Shown here: one piece after another, positions 59,073 to 64,000 of the stretch
How positions within the stretch are numbered: position 1 is the first letter of the stretch
Layout: each line of letters opens with the position of its first letter
Origin: a virus
Reading direction: 5' to 3' (one strand)
Length of the DNA stretch: 64,000 nucleotides
Virus record (IMG/VR): IMGVR_UViG_3300017917_003859
Coordinates: 1-64,000 of that record
Notes under the pieces: generated by a model
What the model saw: the letters and a program-made list of their open reading frames with translations, nothing else
Database searches by the model: none
What the model was told of the DNA's origin: nothing
Position numbers and translations under genes: made by a program

Positions 59073-60209
59073 ATGAATATTCCTATCTACCCCGGCTCAA
59101 GTTCATTTTTCCCAGGAAATACTCCTTTTGGGTTTTATGATAATGATTATGAATTTCAAGTAGATGCTGATAAAGTAACTACTTTTTGTGCTAGAAGATT
59201 GGGATACCCAATCATGGAAGTTGAATTGCAAGATTTAAACTTTTATGCTGCTTTTGAAGAAGCTATTACTACATATGGAAATGAAGTATACGCTTATCAA
59301 TTAAGAGATAATTTATTAAATGTTGATGGAGCATCTACATCTATAAATTTAAGTCAAGCAGCTATTACTCCTACTTTAAATGTAATAGTACGATTATCAC
59401 AACAATATGCTGAAGAAGCAGGTTCAGGAGGAAATGTAAATTGGTATAGTGGTTCAATTGCAACTACGGCAGGAATACAAGATTATGATTTATCTGTTTG
59501 GGCATCAAGCAATAATATAACTGGTGGAATTGAAATTAAAAGAGTATTTTGGCAACCACCTCCAGCAGTTAATCAAGTATACAATTTAAGTGTATTTTCA
59601 GGTCTTGGAGGAGTACCAGCAGTGGGTGCTTATGGATTATTTGGTTCAACTGGATTCTTAATGTATCCTACAAGTTTGTTAGTTCAATCTGCTCAAGCAG
59701 TTGAAATGCAAAACCAAATTTCTTTAGCTAATTATACTTTTGAATTAATAAATAATAAATTAAGAATATTTCCTATTCCTGATTCTAATGATAATTATAT
59801 TTGGTTTCAATATATTAAAGTAGATGAAAGAAAAAATTCAGCTATTACACCAAATGTTACTTCCTCTATTACTAATCCTTCAAATGCTGGATATCATAAT
59901 CCAACATATTCTAGAATTAATTCAATAGGAAGACAATGGATATTTGAATATACTTTAGCTTTATGTAAAGAAATGTTAGGGTATGTCCGTGGAAAATATT
60001 CTCAAGTCCCAATACCAGGAGCTGAAGTTACTTTAAATCAAGGTGATTTAATTTCTGCTGCTAATAATGAAAAAACTGCTTTAATTGAAAGACTAAGAAT
60101 ATATTTAGATGATACTTCAAGACAAAAATTATTAGAAAGAAAAGCAGCTGAATCTGATGCTCGCCAGAAAGAAATAGGACAAGTTCCAATGCAAATTTAT
60201 ATAGGATAA
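59073..60209 (+). CDS. neck protein, T4 gp13-like
   Basis: RRLGYP...VEL; W...Y.LAL.K..LG..RGKY...P.PG..V.LNG-like; ends IYIG. Confidence 0.85.
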   Translation: MNIPIYPGSSSFFPGNTPFGFYDNDYEFQVDADKVTTFCARRLGYPIMEVELQDLNFYAAFEEAITTYGNEVYAYQLRDNLLNVDGASTSINLSQAAITPTLNVIVRLSQQYAEEAGSGGNVNWYSGSIATTAGIQDYDLSVWASSNNITGGIEIKRVFWQPPPAVNQVYNLSVFSGLGGVPAVGAYGLFGSTGFLMYPTSLLVQSAQAVEMQNQISLANYTFELINNKLRIFPIPDSNDNYIWFQYIKVDERKNSAITPNVTSSITNPSNAGYHNPTYSRINSIGRQWIFEYTLALCKEMLGYVRGKYSQVPIPGAEVTLNQGDLISAANNEKTALIERLRIYLDDTSRQKLLERKAAESDARQKEIGQVPMQIYIG

Positions 60210-60210
60210 C

Positions 60211-60720
60211 ATGGCATTATTTGGTTCAAATAGAGATGTTTCTTTTGTAAGAAAAATGAATAGAGAATTATTAGGAAATATAATCTCTCAACAATGTGTC
60301 TTATATAAAGTAAATTTAGAAAAAACAGTCTCTAACATATATGGTGAATCTGTAGATAAAAGATTTTACACTGAACCTACTTTACTCAATTGTAGAATAA
60401 CTAGAACAGACCCAGAATTTAATCAAACTGATATAGGCCCAGATTATACCAGAAATATCACATTTTCATTTCTTAAAGATGATTTAATAACATCCAACGC
60501 ATACCCAGAACCTGGAGATATAATTATGTACTATGAAGGATATTATGAAATTGAACAATCATATGACAACCAATTATTTGTAGGAAAAGACCCAGACTAT
60601 CCTTATGCTATAAATCCTATAAATCCTGGATTAGAGAATTTTGGATACTCAGTATCTATAAATTGTCTAGCTCATTATGTTCCTGCTGATAAAGTGAATA
60701 TCACCCTTGAAAGAGATTAA
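60211..60720 (+). CDS. neck / head-closure protein, T4 gp14-like
   Basis: N.YGE; P.PGDII...YYEI; position between gp13 and gp15. Confidence 0.7.
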   Translation: MALFGSNRDVSFVRKMNRELLGNIISQQCVLYKVNLEKTVSNIYGESVDKRFYTEPTLLNCRITRTDPEFNQTDIGPDYTRNITFSFLKDDLITSNAYPEPGDIIMYYEGYYEIEQSYDNQLFVGKDPDYPYAINPINPGLENFGYSVSINCLAHYVPADKVNITLERD

Positions 60721-60722
60721 TT

Positions 60723-61598
60723 ATGGCAAACAAAAAACCAACACCTAAAACTCAAAGAGAAATAAGTATTTCTCAACAAGATCCATATAATCAGAGTGGT
60801 CCTGGGTTTCAACCTGTTGGAAACCCAAATGATTTCAATACGAATAACAGAGGAAATCAATTATCTTTTAAAGATGATACTGTAAAACCTTTTACTTTAG
60901 GTATTAAAGATATAGATGAAGCTATATATTATTATTTTAATGAAATAATAAAACCATCTATAATTCAAAATGGTCAAAGAATAAATGTTCCTGTAATATA
61001 TGGAGATCCTGAAAAATGGAAATCAATTCAAAAAGATGGATATTATAGAGATAAAAATGGAGCAATTATGTCTCCTTTATTAGTATTTAAAAGAAATAAT
61101 ATTACTAAAAATAGAAGTATAGGAAATAAATTAGACGCAAACAATCCAAATTTATATAGTTCTTTAGTAAAACAATATTCTAAAAAGAATTTTTACACTC
61201 CATTTGATATTTTAAATAATGTAAAACCACTAACAGAACAATATGCAGTAATAATTCCTGATTATGTAACTATAAATTATAGTTGTGTTATATATACTTA
61301 CTATATAGAACAAAATAATAAAATAATAGAAGCTATAAATTATGCTTCAGATTCATATTGGGGAGACCCAGCAAGATTTAAATTTAATGCTAGAATTGAT
61401 TCATTTAATACTGTAGTTGAAATTTCAGATGGAAAAAATAGATCTGTTAAAAGTACATTTGATATTAAATTAAATGGGTATCTTATTCCTGATCTTATTC
61501 AAAAAGATGTGAGTGCTGTAAAAAAGATTCCTACCATCAATACTATAAATTTTGGTATAGAAATTACAAATAACATAAATGATATAAATAATAAATAA
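60723..61598 (+). CDS. tail terminator / sheath stabiliser, T4 gp15-like
   Basis: VPVIYG..EKW; P.....Y...I...Y.EQ.N.IIE; F...L.GYL. Confidence 0.75.
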   Translation: MANKKPTPKTQREISISQQDPYNQSGPGFQPVGNPNDFNTNNRGNQLSFKDDTVKPFTLGIKDIDEAIYYYFNEIIKPSIIQNGQRINVPVIYGDPEKWKSIQKDGYYRDKNGAIMSPLLVFKRNNITKNRSIGNKLDANNPNLYSSLVKQYSKKNFYTPFDILNNVKPLTEQYAVIIPDYVTINYSCVIYTYYIEQNNKIIEAINYASDSYWGDPARFKFNARIDSFNTVVEISDGKNRSVKSTFDIKLNGYLIPDLIQKDVSAVKKIPTINTINFGIEITNNINDINNK

Positions 61599-61600
61599 AC

Positions 61601-62395
61601 ATGTTATATTCTCATCCAGGTCATTGGCAATTATTTTTAAAACGTCCTGATAATATTGGGCTTCCCTTAATGGAAGTAAAATCCAAATATTTAAAAGAAG
61701 AATCATTTTACTATTCTCAATTTAATTGGAATAATCCTTTAGGAGGAGGAACACCTCCCACTATCTCTACCCCACCATCAACACCTACAGAACAATCTAT
61801 ATTTTTAGAAACTTTTGGAAATGATGGAACTACTCCAAATCCTAACTTACTAACAAATGCTGTCGGAACTGATTTTATAAATCCTCCTTTATCATGGACT
61901 ACAATATCATTAGATAGTATAAATGGGGTATATGCTAATAATGGTGATTATACAAATAACTGGAGTGTTATAGATGCTGCAGGTATAGTTGCCTATTGTG
62001 GATTACCTGCTTCAAATGATCCTTCTGAAATTCCAGGAGCATCTGGAGGAAGTGCTTTATTTATGTCTGATGTTTCTGACACTCAGGCATATATAACTTT
62101 ACCCGCTATAAATACTTTAGGTAAAACAAATATTAAATTACAATTTAAAGCTGTACAATTAAATCCAATAGCAATATATTATAGCACAAATAATATTTCA
62201 TGGACACTTATAAACGCATCATATTCCATCTCAGGTACAATACAAAGTGGTAATAATTGGGGATACGATTCTATAAATTTACCAGCCGGAACAGCTAATA
62301 AAGCAACATTATATATTAAATTCCAACAACTACCAGGAACAGGTGGTAATAATTGGCAATTATTTGATGATATACAAGTTTTAGCAACTTTTTAA
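61601..62395 (+). CDS. hypothetical virion protein: short N-terminal module plus beta-sandwich
   Basis: W..FLKR.DN.GL...E...KYLKE leader, Pro/Thr linker, C-terminal L.IKF...W..DDI.V. Confidence 0.5.
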   Translation: MLYSHPGHWQLFLKRPDNIGLPLMEVKSKYLKEESFYYSQFNWNNPLGGGTPPTISTPPSTPTEQSIFLETFGNDGTTPNPNLLTNAVGTDFINPPLSWTTISLDSINGVYANNGDYTNNWSVIDAAGIVAYCGLPASNDPSEIPGASGGSALFMSDVSDTQAYITLPAINTLGKTNIKLQFKAVQLNPIAIYYSTNNISWTLINASYSISGTIQSGNNWGYDSINLPAGTANKATLYIKFQQLPGTGGNNWQLFDDIQVLATF

Positions 62396-62437
62396 TTTAA
62401 ACTTGATTTTTTAAAAAAATATATTATAATAAAGATT

Positions 62438-62689
62438 ATGGAAAAAAAATTTTTAACTCTCGAAGAATTAAATGGTTTAAAAAAGATTAATGAAGATAAT
62501 CAAAATCTTGTTGTATCTTATGGTCAAATTGAATACCAAATCCAATTATTAAAAGTTCAAAAACAAAATTTAAATGAACAATTAAAGATTAATAAAAATT
62601 CTGAAATAGAATTTTTTAAAGAACTTGAAACTAAATATGGAATTATGAATATTAATTTAGAGACAGGAGAGATCACCCCAGTTAATTAA
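62438..62689 (+). CDS. small coiled-coil protein
   Basis: L..EEL..L...GQIE...KYG..NINLETGEI pattern; upstream of the sheath gene. Confidence 0.6.
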   Translation: MEKKFLTLEELNGLKKINEDNQNLVVSYGQIEYQIQLLKVQKQNLNEQLKINKNSEIEFFKELETKYGIMNINLETGEITPVN

Positions 62690-62747
62690 TTTTGAGCCCT
62701 TTCTAGATATTTATTGACAACAATAAACAATTAAATATTTTAGAAAA

Positions 62748-64000
62748 ATGGCAGAAACTTTAATATCCCCTGGTGTATTAGCTAGAGAAATCGACCGTTC
62801 TCAAGTAGCAGCACAACCAGTGCAGGTAGGAGCAGCAATCATAGGCCCTACAGTAAAAGGTCCTGTAGAGTTACCTACAGTAGTAACTTCTTATAGTGAT
62901 TATGTAAACAAATTTGGTGATGTATTAGTAAGTGGTAGTGATACTTATTCTTATTTTACATCTATTGCTGCTTACAATTATTTTAACAATGGTGGCGATT
63001 CATTACTAATAGCAAGAGTAGTAACCGGATCGTACACTTCAGCAACTAGTACTGCAATTAGCGCTAGTACTCAAGCTTCTTCACAACCAGCATTTACCTT
63101 AAAAACAATCTCTAAAGGTATTATAATGAATAGCTCTAGCTCAATTGATTCAGCAGGTGCTTTAGCTAGTGGTTCAAAAGATAATATTCGTTGGGAAATT
63201 ATTAATCCAAACACTTCATCTGGAACATTTGATTTATTAGTTCGTCAAGGTAATGATGTTACAAATAGTAAAATAGTATTAGAACAATTTACTGGATTAT
63301 CATTAGATCCTAAATCTCCAAACTTTGTTTCTAAAGTTGTTGGTGATTATGTTTACAACTATAATCCATCTACTCAACAAATTGAATTAACAGGTAGTTA
63401 CAAAAATAATTCAAATTATATATATGTTAGCTCAGTTAATTTATTAACTCCAGATTATTTAGATAATAACGGTGTAGCTAAAGTTCAATATACTTCATCT
63501 ATTCCTTTAGCAGCAAGTGGTTCATTCAGTGGCGCTACTGGTGATCTTAAAGGTGGAGCTGCTTTCTATAACAACATTACTATAGCAGGTAATACTCAAG
63601 GTTTAGATGCTGGTTGTTATACTAACATGATTAATTTATTAGCTAATAAAGATGATTATAGATTTAATGTATTGATCACTCCAGGTTTAATTGATTCATT
63701 ACATACAAGTGCTATAAGTACTATCATTACTAACACTCAACAACGTGGTGATAACATTTTTGTAGTTGACCCAGTAGTTTATGGTCAAGCATCTTCAGCT
63801 GTAATTTCTCAAGCCTCTTCTCGTGATACTTCATATGCAGCAGAATATTGGCCATGGTGTCAAATTCAAGACCCTGCAACCGGTAAAAATGTTTGGGTTC
63901 CAGCTTCTACAATGATTGTAGGTGTTTATGCTTATAATGATTCAGTAGCAGAACCTTGGTTTGCACCTGCAGGTATTAATCGTGGTGGATTAGGAACAGT
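62748..64000 (+). CDS. tail sheath protein, T4 gp18-like (3'-truncated by window end; absent from the ORF track)
   Basis: ATG 62748 reads MAETLISPGVLAREID...GPTVKGP...FG; the same frame reads EPWFAPAGINRGG at 63951; preceded by GATATTTATT. Confidence 0.93.
   Translation, partial: MAETLISPGVLAREIDRSQVAAQPVQVGAAIIGPTVKGPVELPTVVTSYSDYVNKFGDVLVSGSDTYSYFTSIAAYNYFNNGGDSLLIARVVTGSYTSATSTAISASTQASSQPAFTLKTISKGIIMNSSSSIDSAGALASGSKDNIRWEIINPNTSSGTFDLLVRQGNDVTNSKIVLEQFTGLSLDPKSPNFVSKVVGDYVYNYNPSTQQIELTGSYKNNSNYIYVSSVNLLTPDYLDNNGVAKVQYTSSIPLAASGSFSGATGDLKGGAAFYNNITIAGNTQGLDAGCYTNMINLLANKDDYRFNVLITPGLIDSLHTSAISTIITNTQQRGDNIFVVDPVVYGQASSAVISQASSRDTSYAAEYWPWCQIQDPATGKNVWVPASTMIVGVYAYNDSVAEPWFAPAGINRGGLGT

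Noticed and set aside
2754-61706. All minus-strand ORFs in the track (e.g. 13564..13947, 30087..30413, 33550..33819, 46848..47117)
   Set aside because: Short, largely antisense to well-supported + strand genes, and without recognisable motifs; shadow ORFs
1-64000. Stop-codon reassignment, tRNA or rRNA genes, introns and inteins
   Set aside because: Core genes are full length and uninterrupted in the standard code; no cloverleaf or rRNA-like sequence was seen in the short gaps (not computationally scanned)

Overview
A 64 kb, very AT-rich segment of a large T4-like (contractile-tailed) phage genome. Every credible gene is on the + strand and the genetic code is standard. The order is: baseplate cluster (gp25, gp6 and several large Ser/Thr/Asn-rich virion proteins); GIY-YIG nuclease, primase and exonuclease; about 18 kb of small, mostly hypothetical genes containing a lysis cassette, a kinase-like gene, a Dps-like gene, DenV and an FAD oxidoreductase; head module (terminase, portal, protease, scaffold, major capsid); HNH and PhoH; a terminator-bounded two-gene cassette encoding type IX secretion (T9SS) cargo proteins; tail fibres; neck gp13/gp14/gp15; and a truncated tail sheath gene missing from the ORF track. 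A Bacteroidota host is inferred from T9SS sorting domains, TTTGG-N19-TAnnTTT(G/A) promoters, A-rich starts without Shine-Dalgarno motifs, and D-(S/T)-x glycosylation sequons. The main candidate new systems are (1) about 20 unrelated proteins sharing short amphipathic tags that end in (I/L)-x-E, the T4 prohead-protease site, some built as modules bounded by DNA direct repeats that encode that site, and (2) phage-borne T9SS substrates under a host-type promoter. All product calls come from motif recognition by eye; no database searches were run.
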